Shown here in pieces: positions 17,803-39,689 of a DNA stretch of 64,000 nucleotides (position 1 is its first letter; each line of letters begins with the position of its first letter). The position numbers and the translations under genes were made by a program. Location: NCBI RefSeq assembly GCF_009914755.1, contig NC_060939.1, one strand, 5' to 3'. The notes below the pieces were generated by a model that saw only the letters and a list, made by a program, of their open reading frames with translations, did not search any database and was not told the DNA's origin. The stretch is from the human T2T-CHM13v2.0 reference genome, Homo sapiens.

Positions 17803-18310
17803 GTAAGGAGCCAAAGTGAGATAATTCTTTTACAGAAAAATGAATGGCTACACTCACTAAAGATTCAAATCTTTATTTTACTATACTGATAACTATTGGC
17901 ATGATGAGAGCACTGCTGAAAGTCTTAGAACAGTCACTTTATTGATAGCAGAATTTTATTTTATTTTGTAAAGAATAAAATAAAAATGGAATTAGTGAAC
18001 GTTGCCCTTTGTTGAATTACATTAAATAAAAATTTTGCTCTGCAAATAATGGATAAACATGCTACTCATGTCTATTTACTATGAGTTTCTTTCTTTTCAT
18101 CTCCATCTTTCGTGATAGAGAATAGAGAATTTACCCTAATGGCTGGAGATTCTTTTTTTTTTTTTTTTCTTTTTTTACTTAAGAGTGAGGCCCTGCAGCT
18201 CACGCCTGTACTCCCAACACTTTGGGAGGCTGAGGTGGGCGGATCATCTGAGGTCAGGAGTTCGAAACCGGCCTGGCCAACATGGTGAGACCCCATCTCT
18301 ACTAAAACTA

Positions 18311-18496
<186 letters not shown>

Positions 18497-18910
18497 TTAA
18501 TTGGAAGTTCTGTGTGTATAGGTGGGTTTATCATCTAAAAGGATAAAATCACTATATAGGGTGGAAATCACTATATGGTAACTGGACAGAGGCCCAGCTG
18601 TTTTGTTGGAGTTTACTAGTTGTCAGTGTCTTTTAGGTATTTTCTCTTTAACCAGTCAGCGTCAACATGGCCAACCATGGGCAAACATGGCCGTATTGGA
18701 ACGTAGGATCTTCACAATCTCTGGGCCTCTAAACCTGATTCTCCTTGAAAGTTTCTTTTCTCAATGAATAGCGTTACCTTCTGTCCAGGTCCAAAATTAA
18801 AACTTAGGAATCACTCTATACCTCTTTCTCCCTCGCTGTACATATTCAAATCATCAGTAAGACATGCTTTTTGTTTTTATTTATTTATTTTTATTTATTT
18901 ATTTTTTTGA

Positions 18911-19171
<261 letters not shown>

Positions 19172-20287
19172 TGAACCACAGCGCCCAACCTACTGGTTTT
19201 AATTTCTTAATATTCATCCACTGTTTTTCATCTGTTCTGTCAATAATCATCTCTAACCTAGATGACTACAGTAACATTCCAACTGGACTTTATGGATCTT
19301 CTCCTCCTCCTCCCTGAAGCTATAGTGATTACTGAAAATCTGACTATGCACCTATTACTCTTAGGCTAATGATCAAAGTATTTGATCTAGCCTATGAAGC
19401 GTTGCCTGAATTGAATTTTTCTCCTTTTCCTATCTCATACTACCTTCCTACCTCTGCACGTTGGCCACAGTGGACTTCTTTTATTTCCTTAAATGATCAT
19501 GGTGTTTCCTGCTCAGCCATATTCATCCTATCTCAACACCTTCATGCTGATGTTTCTTATGCCCGAACGCTGTTTTCCCCCACTTCACTAATGAACTCCT
19601 ACTAATAATTGTAAGAGCTCAGCTCTCAGTGATCAGTTTCTCACCCTTCTGTTGTATGTTCTTGCTTTCTGTGGTTTTCCTTAATAGTGCTTATCATAGT
19701 TTGTAGTTCTTGCTGTGTTTATTAGTGCAGTTGTGTGTCTCCCTGAGTTGTAAGCTTGAGGGCACAGGTTGAGTATGCTGTTTTTCTCATGGTATCCACA
19801 GTGCCTAACACATAGAAAATATGTAACAAAGCATTCAATAAAGAGAAAATAATCAATTCAGGAGACAGTTAACTCTAGAGTCTGGGGGAGCGAGCAGCTA
19901 TCTCAGCTACCTAAAATGTATTATAGCAATGCTAAAAGCATAACTCATTTTTACTGTATTTATACAATGATAGGAGTTGTAGAGAGATGATAGCCATTTT
20001 CCTTATATGATTGCTGAAAATAAAATTATCTTTGCACAGAAGTTAGGGGTTAAAAGAGGAGGCCTTAACAAATATAGCTGTGTACTACCTTTTAAATGTC
20101 CTTCAAAGACATACCAATCAATGTAGTTGAACAGTCTCAGGGGAGCCTTTACTAGATACAGAGAATAATGATTCAAGGATAACCCTTCAACTTCCTGTGG
20201 AAAAAACTCTGCTACACAGAAGGAGTAGGATTCTAAAGTACTGAGTTTTATGTGACTTCAAATCAGGTAGTTTAAAAAAAAAAAAAA

Positions 20288-22647
<2,360 letters not shown>

Positions 22648-22737
22648 CTAGCTTATATAATATAGTATTTTTCACTTATATAAAATATATGAATCATAAG
22701 TAATAACCTGCTTTTGCTTTTTTTTTTCCTTCCCCAG

Positions 22738-22847
22738 AGGATCAAGCTCCTCCTTCCTCCCTTTTAGTTCATAAGCTTATTTTCCAGTACGTTGAAGAAA
22801 AGGAATCCTGGAAGAAGACATGTACAACCCAGCATCAGTTACCCAAG
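22738..22847 (+). CDS. KNL1: KNL1 coding exon (~24): EDQAPPSSLLVHKLIFQYVEEKESWKKTCTTQHQLPK
   Basis: Acceptor cttccccAG, donor AAG|gtaaag, 110 bp. Confidence 0.95.
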
Positions 22848-23050
22848 GTAAAGCCCGATTGAAGTATTTAAAGGAAAATTTGTGATATCTTTCCAAAAAA
22901 AGCAGAACTGAAACTTTACATAAATAATAGTGGATCCTGAAATGATAAATGTATTCAATTGTTTAACTTTTTTGAGTTCTTTGTAAGTGAGCCACTAAGC
23001 ATTGAAATGTTTTCATAATTTCATTGGATTTTTTTTCCCACTTTTTCTAG

Positions 23051-23169
23051 ATGCTTGAAGAATTCTCACTGGTAGTGCACCATTGCAGACTCCTTGGAGA
23101 GGAGATTGAGTATTTAAAGAGATGGGGACCAAATTATAACCTAATGAACATAGATATTAATAATAATGA
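23051..23169 (+). CDS. KNL1: KNL1 coding exon (~25): MLEEFSLVVHHCRLLGEEIEYLKRWGPNYNLMNIDINNN
   Basis: Acceptor tttttctAG, donor TGA|gtaagt, 119 bp. Confidence 0.95.
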
Positions 23170-23174
23170 GTAAG

Positions 23175-23610
23175 TGTATTAGTTCCCAAGGACTGCCATG
23201 ACAGAGTACTACAAATTGGGTACCTTAACAGGTTCTGGAGGCTGGAGGTCTGAGATTAAGGTGTAAGCGGGTGTTATTCTTTCTGAGGGCTGTTAGAATC
23301 TGTCCATGCCTTCTCCCAGTGTCTGGTGGTTTGCTGGCAATCTTTGGCATTCCTTGGCTTGTAAATGCATAACCTTGATCTCTCCCTTCATGTTGACATG
23401 GTGTCTTTCATTGTGCATGTCTGCATCCACATTTCCCCTTTTTATAAGGACACTAGTCATAGTGGATTAGGGGCCCACCTTACTCTAGTAGGACTTCATC
23501 TTAACATATTACTTGTGTAGTGACCAGATTTCCAAATAAGGTCACTTTCTGAGGTATTGGGGGTTTGGAATTCAACATATGAATTTTGGGAAATACAGGT
23601 CAACCCAACA
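23175..23610 (-). mobile_element. MaLR solo LTR (MLT1B/C-like) with 5-bp TSD GTAAG
   Basis: TG...CA termini; MLT1 motifs GTTCTGGAGGCTGGAGGTCTGAGATTAAGGTG and TTTCCAAATAAGGTCAC; GTAAG on both sides. Confidence 0.8.
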
Positions 23611-23851
23611 GTAAGTACTTGGTCAGCAGTTTATTAAATGAATATATATATACAGTAAGTACTTGGTCAAGTTGGTCAACAACTTGGGTGCAGTGGCTCA
23701 CTCCTGTAATCCCAGCACTTTGGGAGGCCGAGGTGGGCGAATCACAAGGTCAGGACTTCAAGACCAGCCTGGCCAATATGGTGAAACCCCGTCTCTACTA
23801 AAAATACAAAAATTAGACAGGCATGGTGGTGGGCGCCTGTAGTCCCAGCTA

Positions 23852-23959
<108 letters not shown>

Positions 23960-24022
23960 TCACACCTGTAATCCCAGCACTTTGGGAGGCTGAGGCAGGT
24001 GGATCACGAGGTCAGGAGTTCA

Positions 24023-24400
<378 letters not shown>

Positions 24401-24427
24401 TCACTTGAGGTCAGGAGTTCAAGATCA

Positions 24428-24771
<344 letters not shown>

Positions 24772-25035
24772 TCAGGAGTTTGAGGCCACATTGGCGAAAC
24801 CCTGTCTCTACTAAAAATACAAAATTTAGCTGGATGTGGTGGCAGGCACCTGTAATCCCAGCTACTTGGGAGAATCGATAGAACTTGGGAGGTGGAGGTT
24901 GCAGTGAGCCGAAATTGTGCACTGCACTCCAGCCTGGGCGATAGAGCAAGACTCCGTCTCAAAAAAAAAAAAAAAGAAATTGTGTTTCATGCTATTATTT
25001 GTTGCATTTTTAATTGTGGATCTTGTCTTTTACAG

Positions 25036-25158
25036 ATTGAGACTTTTATTCTCTAGCTCCGCAGCATTTGCAAAGTTTGAAATAACTTTGTTTCTCTCAG
25101 CCTATTATCCATCTGTACCATTACCTTCCACCATTCAGAATCACGTTGGGAACACTAG
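25036..25158 (+). CDS. KNL1: KNL1 coding exon (~26): ELRLLFSSSAAFAKFEITLFLSAYYPSVPLPSTIQNHVGNT
   Basis: Acceptor tttacAG, donor TAG|gtgagt, 123 bp. Confidence 0.95.
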
Positions 25159-25166
25159 GTGAGTAA

Positions 25167-25317
<151 letters not shown>

Positions 25318-25549
25318 TAGCTGGGACTACAGGCGCCTGCCACCGCACCCGGCTAATTTTTTGTATTTTTAGTAGAGACGGGGTTTCACCATGGTCTCGA
25401 TCTCCTGACCTCGTGGTCCGCCCACCTCGGCCTCCCAAAGTGCTGGAATTACAGGCTTGAGCCACCGCGCCCAGCAAGGACTACTTTTTAATGTTCATTT
25501 TATTTGAAAGATTCCTCAAAGTGGTCAGCAAATTAGTGGACCATAGTGA

Positions 25550-25735
<186 letters not shown>

Positions 25736-26366
25736 TGAGTAACTGGGACTTAAAGGCAAGCGCCACCACACCTAGCTAATTTTTGCATTTTTAGTAGAGA
25801 TGGGGTTTCACCATGTTGGCCTAGGTGGTCTTGATCTCTTGACCTCGTGATCTGCCCACCTCAGCCTTCCAAAGTGCTGGGGATTACAGGCGAAGAATTT
25901 TTTCTTAAAGTTATTGACCTTCATTGCTATCTCCAGTGGATGCTGGAGACCACTGGTCTATTCTTTTGTACCTGCTTCACTTTTTGAATACTCCAACCTA
26001 AAACATGAATCAAGAAGGAAAAAACTCACCATTAGCTTAGTACAGATGATATGTAAACAACTTTTATGGCCTTAAAAACAGAGTCAGCCGGGTACAGTTG
26101 CTCACACCTGTAATCCCAGCACTCTGGGAGGCCGAGGTAGGTGGATCACGAGGTCAGGAGTTCAAGACCAGCCTGGCCAAGTTGGTGAAACCCCGCCTCT
26201 ACTAAAAATACAAAAAATTAGCCAGGCGTGGCGGTGGGCGCCTGTAATCCCAGCTACTGGGGAGGCTGAGGCAGAGAATTGCTTGAACCCAGGAGGTGGA
26301 GGTTGCAGTGAGCCGAGATTGCACCACTGCACTCCAGACTGGGAGACAAAGCGAAACTCCGTCTCA

Positions 26367-26660
<294 letters not shown>

Positions 26661-27462
26661 TCAAAACAAAACAGAGTCTGTGGAACCAGCCCTAAAAATG
26701 TTTCATTCCTCCTAGACTGTGACGTATTTTGTGACTTTTTAGATGCACTGCTGACAGATTGGAAGATAACAGAGTTAAAAATGTGCTCACCTAGGCCGGG
26801 CATGGTGGCTCATGCCTGTAATCCCAGCACTTTGGGAGGCCAAGGTGGGCAGATCACTTGAGGCCAGGAGTTTGACACCAGCCTGGCCAACATGACAAAA
26901 CTCTTTGTTTTTGACTGGGCGTGGTGGCTCATGCCTGTAATCCCAGCACTTTTGGAGGCCGAGGTGGGTGGATCATGAGGTCAGGAGTTCAAGACCATCC
27001 TGGCCAACATGATGAAACCCCATCTCTACTAAAAATACAAAAAAATAGCCAGGCGTGGTGGCAGGTGCCTGTAATCCCAGCTACTCGGGAGGCCGAGGTA
27101 GGAGAATTGCTTGCACCCAGGAGAAAGAGGTTGCCGTGAGCCTAGATTGTGCCGCTAACTGCACTCCAACCTGGGCAACAGAGCAAGACTCTGGGGGTGG
27201 GGAAAAATTTGCTCACCTTATATTTGTCAGCAAACACCAAGACTAAGATTTTTTATGACCAACAAAAGTAGCTAGGTTAAGATACTTCACAATTACATAT
27301 AGAATTGGTTCTTAGGCCCTGTTTTGGAATCCCATTTCAAACTGGATATCTGGTTATTTCCAGAAATGCTCATTTGTGCTTCCTAGGAAACTGAGAGACC
27401 AAGAACATAAATTCCACTGAATTAGAGACAAGTGTAAGATTTTTTAAAAAATTGATTAACCT

Positions 27463-27750
27463 GGCTGGGCGTGGTGGCTCACGCCTGTAATCCCAGCACT
27501 TTGGGAGGCCCAGGTGGGTGGATCACAAGGCCAGGAGATCGAGACCATCCTGAGTAACACAGTGAAACCCCATCTCTACTAAAAATACAAAAATTAGCCG
27601 GGCGTGGTGGCAGGCGCCTGTAGTCCCAGCTACTCGGGAGGCTGAGGCAGGAGAATGGCATGAACCCGGGAGGTGGAGCTTGCAGTGAGCGGATTGCGCC
27701 ACTGCACTCCAGCCTGGGCGACAGAGCGAGACTCCGTCGCAAAAAAGAAA
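27463..27750 (+). mobile_element. AluY with 15-bp TSD aaaattgattaacct
   Basis: TSD copies at 27448-27462 and 27748-27762. Confidence 0.92.
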
Positions 27751-27775
27751 ATTGATTAACCTTTGTTCTTTCCAG

Positions 27776-27890
27776 CCAAGATGATATTGCTACCATTCTA
27801 TCTAAAGTGCCACTGGAGAACAACTACCTGAAGAATGTAGTCAAGCAAATTTACCAAGATCTGTTTCAGGACTGCCATTTCTACCACTAG
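27776..27890 (+). CDS. KNL1: KNL1 last coding exon (~27): [38 protein letters not shown]
   Basis: Acceptor ttctttccAG, in-frame TAG at 27888-27890; matches the recognised KNL1 C-terminus. Confidence 0.96.
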
Positions 27891-28378
27891 ACCCTTGGAC
27901 CACCATTGGAACAACCAAGCAGAATGTACTTGATATTATTTCAGGGTCCCATTGCTGTTCAGCCTTTGTTTTTACGTCATTACAAGCTGAGTAAAATTCC
28001 TTCTGATGATGTTATAGTTAATCTGTATGTTTTTTATATCTCTGCAGAATGATGGTGATGAAGTCTGGATGGTAGGCCTCATAGCCTACTATCAACTTAC
28101 TCATCTTTGTACCAAAGGTTTAAGTAATAGGACACTTAGGAAAAATGTCTCCTAACTAAACTAGTGCTTTCTGCTTTAGTACAAGCCCTAAGGATTAACT
28201 TAAGTATAAGAAGTGTTATCACTGACAAGAACATTAGCCATTTTCCCATAACTAGATAGAGCTATGATTTTTTAGGTTGCCTGGCTTCTGCCTAGCAGAT
28301 ATTTCTGGAGTAGAAATGTATCTGTCTACAAACTATTATCCTTTTTCTCCGTTACTAAAATGCTATTAAGAGAAAGTA

Positions 28379-29057
<679 letters not shown>

Positions 29058-30019
29058 AATGTTTTCTTAATAAGTATAGTTTTTCTAGGGAAAGTTAATT
29101 CATTTTTGTCTAGTACATATATGTAAATATATTAATGTTGTTTTTGTGTTTGTGATGTAGTAAGGAGATGTACATAGAAATTCATTGAGGTATATAGATA
29201 CTCATCTGTCTAGGCAGTTCCCAATTTTCTGAAGAATGTTTTACAGCAAAATTTTCTATTTTCTTTTATTAAATAGTGACACGTCAAACAATGTCACATC
29301 CAAAACACTAGTTTCATCAATTTCTAGCAGTAATAATAGACTTGCTGTAAGTATTGTTTTCTGATGCCATACCCTTGTCATACATATTATTAAATGACCA
29401 ATATTATGTATGAAGTAGACAAAAAAATTTACTCAAACTTCATTCAAATCCTAATTGTGATAATTTTTGTTTTATATTTAATTATAAACCAAAATACATT
29501 TGCATTTTTAAGCTAATTTGTCTCAAAATTTTGCTTTATATTTTTGGATCAGGTTAAAGTCCTGTGGATCCCCTGAATGTTATTGTCCCTCTTGATTGGT
29601 TTTTACTTCTGAGCTATACGTCAAAAGACACATAAGCTTCAAAAGTCAAGACAAACCTCATTTGCCATAAAAATCAAGATATAGATGTTCTGTTCCGTAA
29701 ACTCCTTGAAAAACATTTTAAAGTCATCAATATGATCTGTTTCCCATGAAACTTAAGTTAGCTTTCTTATTGGAGTTATTTCTTTTCTGTAAGTCTGAAA
29801 AGTAGAGATTTTGTTTTACGCATTTTAGTAACCTGCAACAACCAACTCTAAAAAAGATTTGGCTTGTAATGACGGTCTCTGCTTTTTTGGGTTTGGAGTA
29901 CACAATTGTAATATTTACTTAGTTATTTGTGTTTTTCTTTGTTCAAGGTATTGACTAGTTTCATAAATTTTTTGAAAGTTTTTCTTTCATTGGTTGGAAA
30001 GCAGATTACATTTTGCACT

Positions 30020-30025
30020 ATTAAA
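30020..30025 (+). terminator. Candidate distal polyadenylation signal (ATTAAA)
   Basis: Variant PAS hexamer with downstream tcttttgtgagtagtgtttcttt element. Confidence 0.55.
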
Positions 30026-30396
30026 ATAAGTTTATTACTTTAAATCTTTTGTGAGTAGTGTTTCTTTATAAAGAATATTTTAGCATTTATCCAATAGACC
30101 TTTGAAGATATACCAAAGAAACCTTCCTCTGGAGACACCTACCTATTCAAAACTGAGATTAGGCCGAGTTCAAGCAGGGTGCTTGAGGCCAAGAATTCAA
30201 ATCCAGCCTACACAACATAGCAAGACCCTATCTCTAAAAAATTTTTTTTTCTTGGCTGGGCATGGTGGCTCATGCCTGTAATGCCAACCCTTCGGGAGGC
30301 TGAAGTGGGCAGATCACCTGAGGTCGAAAGTTTGAGACCAACCTGACCAACATGGAGAAACCGTGTCTCTACTAAAAATACAAAATTAGCCAGTCA

Positions 30397-30540
<144 letters not shown>

Positions 30541-30544
30541 TTAA

Positions 30545-30751
<207 letters not shown>

Positions 30752-32123
30752 TGAGACGGAAGTCTTGCTGTGTCACCCAGGCTGGAGTGCAGTGGCCTAT
30801 CTCGGCTCACCAAAACCTTCGCCTCCCAGGTTGAAGCGATTATCTTGCCTCAGCCTCCTGAGTAGCTAGGATTACAGGCGTGCACCTCCACACCCAGCTA
30901 ATTTGTGTATTTTTGGTAGAGACAGGGTTTCACCATGTTGGCCAGGCTGGTTTCAAACTCCTGACCTCAGGTGATTCATCCACCTCGGCCTCCCAGAGTG
31001 CTGGGATTACAGGCATGAGCCACTGTGCCCAGCCTATTTTCATTCTTTTAACAAGTACTTATGATATATTTCTTTTCTTTTCTTTCTTTCTTTTTTTTTT
31101 TGAGGTAATCCATCTGCCTCTGTATCCCAAAGTGCAGGGATTACAGGCGTGAGCCACCATGCCTGGCCCCATATATTTGTTTCTAAGTAATGTTGTTTAT
31201 CACTCATTCTTCTCCTAATCTGTTTTTTTTTTTGTTTTGTTTTTTGTTTTTTTAATATTTATGTCTTTTTTTGTTTGTTTGTTTGAGAGGCCAAGTCTCA
31301 CTATGTTGCCCAGGCTGGTCTCAAACTCCTGAGCTCAAATGATCTTCTCGCCTCAGCCTCCCAAAGGGCTGGAATTACAGGCCTGAGTCATTGTGCCCAG
31401 TCTCAAATATATATGTCTTTTTTGGTCAATAAGAAAGTGAGATTATTACTGTTTCTTAGAACATGACTTCATAACAGAGCTCAGCCCCAAAGATCCAGAT
31501 CAGACTTGAAGAACAAGAGTTTGAAGGTGATTGCTCCACAAATAAAAAATACTTGTGGGGCAAGAGATTGATTCCAGCATTAATATGTTTGCTTCTAAAA
31601 TTTTTTCTTTCTTTTTTTTAGACAGGGTCTCTCTCTGTCACTGAGGCTGGAGTGCAGTATCACGATCATGGCTTACTGCAGCCTTGACCTCTCTGGGCTC
31701 AAGCGATCCTACCATATCAGCCTCTCGAATGGCTGGGACTACAGATGCACACTACCACCCCCAGCTAATTTTTGTGGAGATGTGATTTCAACATGTTGCC
31801 CAAGATGGTCTCAAACTCCTGGCTCAAGTAATCCACCCACACTGGCCTCCTAAAGTGCTGGGATTACAGGTGTGAGCCACCACAGCTGGCCTAAAATTTT
31901 CTTCAGTTCTAAAGTTTGTGAAAAGCAACAGTAAGGCTGGGCACGGTGGCTCATGCCTGTAATCCCAGCACTTTGGGAGGCCGAGGTACAAAGATTTCAT
32001 GATATATAAACTGATTCTGTCTAAAATCTGTTTTTATGCTAAACTTAGTATCACATATAATTATTTTTAAAAATTTTTAATCACCTTATGTTATCCTATA
32101 CTAGATTTTATTCATTCTATCTA

Positions 32124-32459
<336 letters not shown>

Positions 32460-32560
32460 TTAGACTGAATGACAGAATAAATCCCAAGTGGCAAAAATAT
32501 ACATTTCACTCCTTTAAAAATATTTCACCAGAAATATTTAGGGAAAAAATCATGATGTAA

Positions 32561-32659
<99 letters not shown>

Positions 32660-33132
32660 TGAGACCAGCCTGACCAACATGGTGAAACCCCGTCTCTACT
32701 AAAAATACAAAAATTAGCCGGGCGTGGTGGTGCGCGCCTACGTCCCAGTTGCTCAGGAGGCTGAGGCAGGAGAATCGATTGAACTCGGGAGGCAGAGGTT
32801 GCAGTGAACTGAGATCGCTGAGGTTTGCCACCACAGTTGTCTATGGGTAAATACACAGATTTCACAATGCATAAGCAGATTCTGTCTAAAATATTTTCCT
32901 GGGTCAAACTTTACTGAAGCTCTGTAAGGTGTTCAGACTGGCACTAACCAAACACAAGAGACTTCTACATAGCAATTCTTATCTAGTGTAACATAAACAC
33001 CATCACAGCATTTTATTAATTGTTATTAATGAAACCTTAACACATTTATCCATATACTTTATTGTAAACACAACTGACATTCACATTACCATAAGAGCAT
33101 TATTGCAGGAATCAATGTTATGAGAAAACAAT

Positions 33133-34153
<1,021 letters not shown>

Positions 34154-34437
34154 GGAAAATATTGTTGTCCATGGCTAAGTACAAAGATTTCATGATATAT
34201 AAACTGATTCTGTCTAAAATCTGTTTTTATGCTAAACTTAGTATCACATATAATTATTTTTAAAAATTTTTAATCACCTTATGTTATCATATACTAGATT
34301 TTATTCATTCTATCTAACTGTATTTTTGTGCTTCTTCACTATCCACACTCGCCTCCATCCCCATTACCCTCCCAGTCACTGGTAACCACCATTCTATTGT
34401 CTTTTTCCATGAGTTCAATTATTTAAATTTTATTTAA

Positions 34438-34719
<282 letters not shown>

Positions 34720-35093
34720 TGAGCTACCGCTCCGGGCCTCAATTATTTAAATTTTTAGCTCCCACAAATAAGTGAGAACATGTAAAGTTTGCCCTTCTGT
34801 GTCTGGCATATTTCATTTACTGTAATGACCTCCAGTTCCATCTATGTTGTTGCAAATGACAGGATCTCATTCTTTCTTTTGGCCGAATAGTACTCCATTG
34901 TGTGTATGTACCACATTTTCTTTATCCGTTCGTCTGTTGATGGGCACTTAGGTTCCTTCCAAATATTGTCTATTGTGAACAGTGCTGCAATAAACATGGA
35001 AGTGCCGATACCTCTTTGATACACTGATTTTCTTTCTATTGGGTATACCCCTAGCTGTAGGATTGCTTGATCATATGATAGCTCTATTTTTAG

Positions 35094-35333
<240 letters not shown>

Positions 35334-35708
35334 TGATCCGCCTGACTCGACCTCCCAAAGTGCTGGGATTACAGGCGTGAGCCACTGCACCCGGCCTATT
35401 TTTAGTTTTTTAAGGAACCTCCGAAGTGTTGTACATAGTAGTTATACTAACTTTCATTCCCACCAACAGTGTACAAGGGTTCCCTTTTCTCCAGATCCTT
35501 GCCAGCATTCATGCCTGTCTTTTAGATAAAAGCCATTTTAACTGAGGTGATATGATTCTTATTGCAGTTTTGATTTGCATTTCTCTGATGGTCAATGATG
35601 TTGAGTACTTTTTCATATGCCTGTTTGCCATTTGTATGTCTTTTGAGAAATGCCTATTCAGATTTTTTGCCCATTTTTAATTGGATTATTAGATGTCTTG
35701 TCTATTGA

Positions 35709-35894
<186 letters not shown>

Positions 35895-35963
35895 TAGCTA
35901 TTTTTTTGTATTTTTAGTAGAGAGGGTTTCACCGTGTCAGCCAGGATATTCTTGATCTCCTGA

Positions 35964-36438
<475 letters not shown>

Positions 36439-37057
36439 TGACACTTTGTTGATTGTTTCCTTTGCTGTGCAGAAGTTTTTTAATTTGATGTGATCCCATT
36501 TGTCCATTTTTGCTTTAGTTACCTGTTTTAATAGTTTCATAGTTTGAGGTCTTAGATTTAAATCTTTAATCCATTTTGATTTGATTTTTGTATATGGTGA
36601 GAGATAGGGGTCTAGTTTCATTCTCATACATATGGATATACAGTTTTCCCCACCCCTTTTATTGAGGAGAGTGTCCGTTTTCCAGTATATGTTCTTGGCA
36701 GCTTTGTCAAAATGAGTTCATTGTAAATGTATGGATTTATTTCTGAGTTCTCTATTCTGTTCCATTGGTCTATGTGTCTATTTTTATGCCACTACCATGC
36801 TGTTTTCAATATTATAGCTCTGTAATATAATTTGAAGTCAGAAAATGTGATTCCTCCAGTTTTATTCTTTTTACTCAGGATAGCTTTGGTTATTCTGGAT
36901 CTTTTCTGGTTCCATATACATTTTAAGTTTGTTTTTTCTATTTCTGTGAAGAATGTCATTGGCATTTTGATAGTGATTGCATTGAATCTGTAGATTGCTT
37001 TGGATGGTATGGACATCTTAACAATATTTATTCTTCCAATCCATGAACATGGAATAG

Positions 37058-37390
<333 letters not shown>

Positions 37391-37686
37391 TGAGCCACCA
37401 CGCCCGGCCGTGTCAGTGTTTTATAGTTTTCATTGCAGAGATTTTTCACTTCTTTGGTTAAGTTTATTCCTAGGTATTTTATTTTATTTGTAGCTATTGT
37501 AAATGGGATTACTTTCTTGATTTATTTTTCAGATGCTCATTGTTGGCATATAGAAATGTTGCTGCTTGGCCGGGCACAATGGCTCATGCCTGTAATCCCA
37601 GAACTTTGGGAGGCCAAGGTGGGCGGATCATGAGGTCAGGAGTTTGAGACTAGCCTGACCAACATGGTGAAACCCTGTCTCTATTA

Positions 37687-38139
<453 letters not shown>

Positions 38140-38859
38140 CTAAATATAAAAGCCTATCATCTGCAAACAGAATAATTTGACTTCTTCCTTTTCAATTTTG
38201 GGTTCCCTTTATTTCTTTCTTTTTTCTGATTGCTATAGCTAGGACTTCCAGTGCTATGTTGAATAACAGTGCTGAAAGTGGGCATGCTTGCCTTGTTCTA
38301 GATCTTAGAGAAAAGGTGTTATCAAAACACCAGGTGTTAGGCCGGGCACAGTGGTTCACACTTGTAATCCCAGCACTTTGGGGAGCTGAGGCGGGTAGAT
38401 GACTTGAGTAGCTGAGATTACAGGCATGTGTCACCACACCTGGCTAATTTTTGTATTTTTAGTAGAGATGGGGTTTCCCCATGTTGGCCAGGCTGGTCTT
38501 GAACTCTTGACCTCAGGTGATCCACCTGCCTCAGCCTCCCAAAGTGCTGGGATTATAGGCGTGAGCCACTGTGCCCGGCAGTAGGATGAGTTTGGAAGTA
38601 TTCCCTCGTGCTTTATTTTTTGGAATAGTTTGAGTAAGATTAGTATTAATTCTTATTTAAATGTTTGGTAAAACTCAGCAGTGAAGCCATTGGGCCCCAG
38701 GCATTTCTTTGCTGGGAGAATTTTTATTATGGCTTTGATCTCATTACTTGTGATTGGTTTGTTCAGGTTTTGAGTTTCTTCATGGTTCAATCTTGATAAG
38801 TGGTATGTGTCTAGGAATGTATTTGTTTCTTCCAGATTTTCCAATGTATTGGCATATAG

Positions 38860-39210
<351 letters not shown>

Positions 39211-39425
39211 TGATCCGCCCACCTTGGCTTCCCAAAGTGCTAGGATTACAGACATGAGCCACTGTGCCCGGCCTTCTCTCTTTTTTTCTTAGTCTGGCTA
39301 AAGGTTTGTCAGTTTTATCTTTTCAAAAAAAAAAACAACTTTTTGTTTTGTTGATTTTTGTATTGTTTTCATTTCAAATTCATTTATATCTGCTCTGATA
39401 CTTATTATTTATTTTCTTTTCCTAA

Positions 39426-39689
<264 letters not shown>

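Noticed and set aside
17617-17889. 90-aa ORF over KNL1 exon 22
   Set aside because: Alternative frame crossing splice sites; the true exon is in another frame.
24917-25162. 81-aa ORF containing real KNL1 residues
   Set aside because: It is exon 26 read through from an Alu tail and intron, not a standalone gene.
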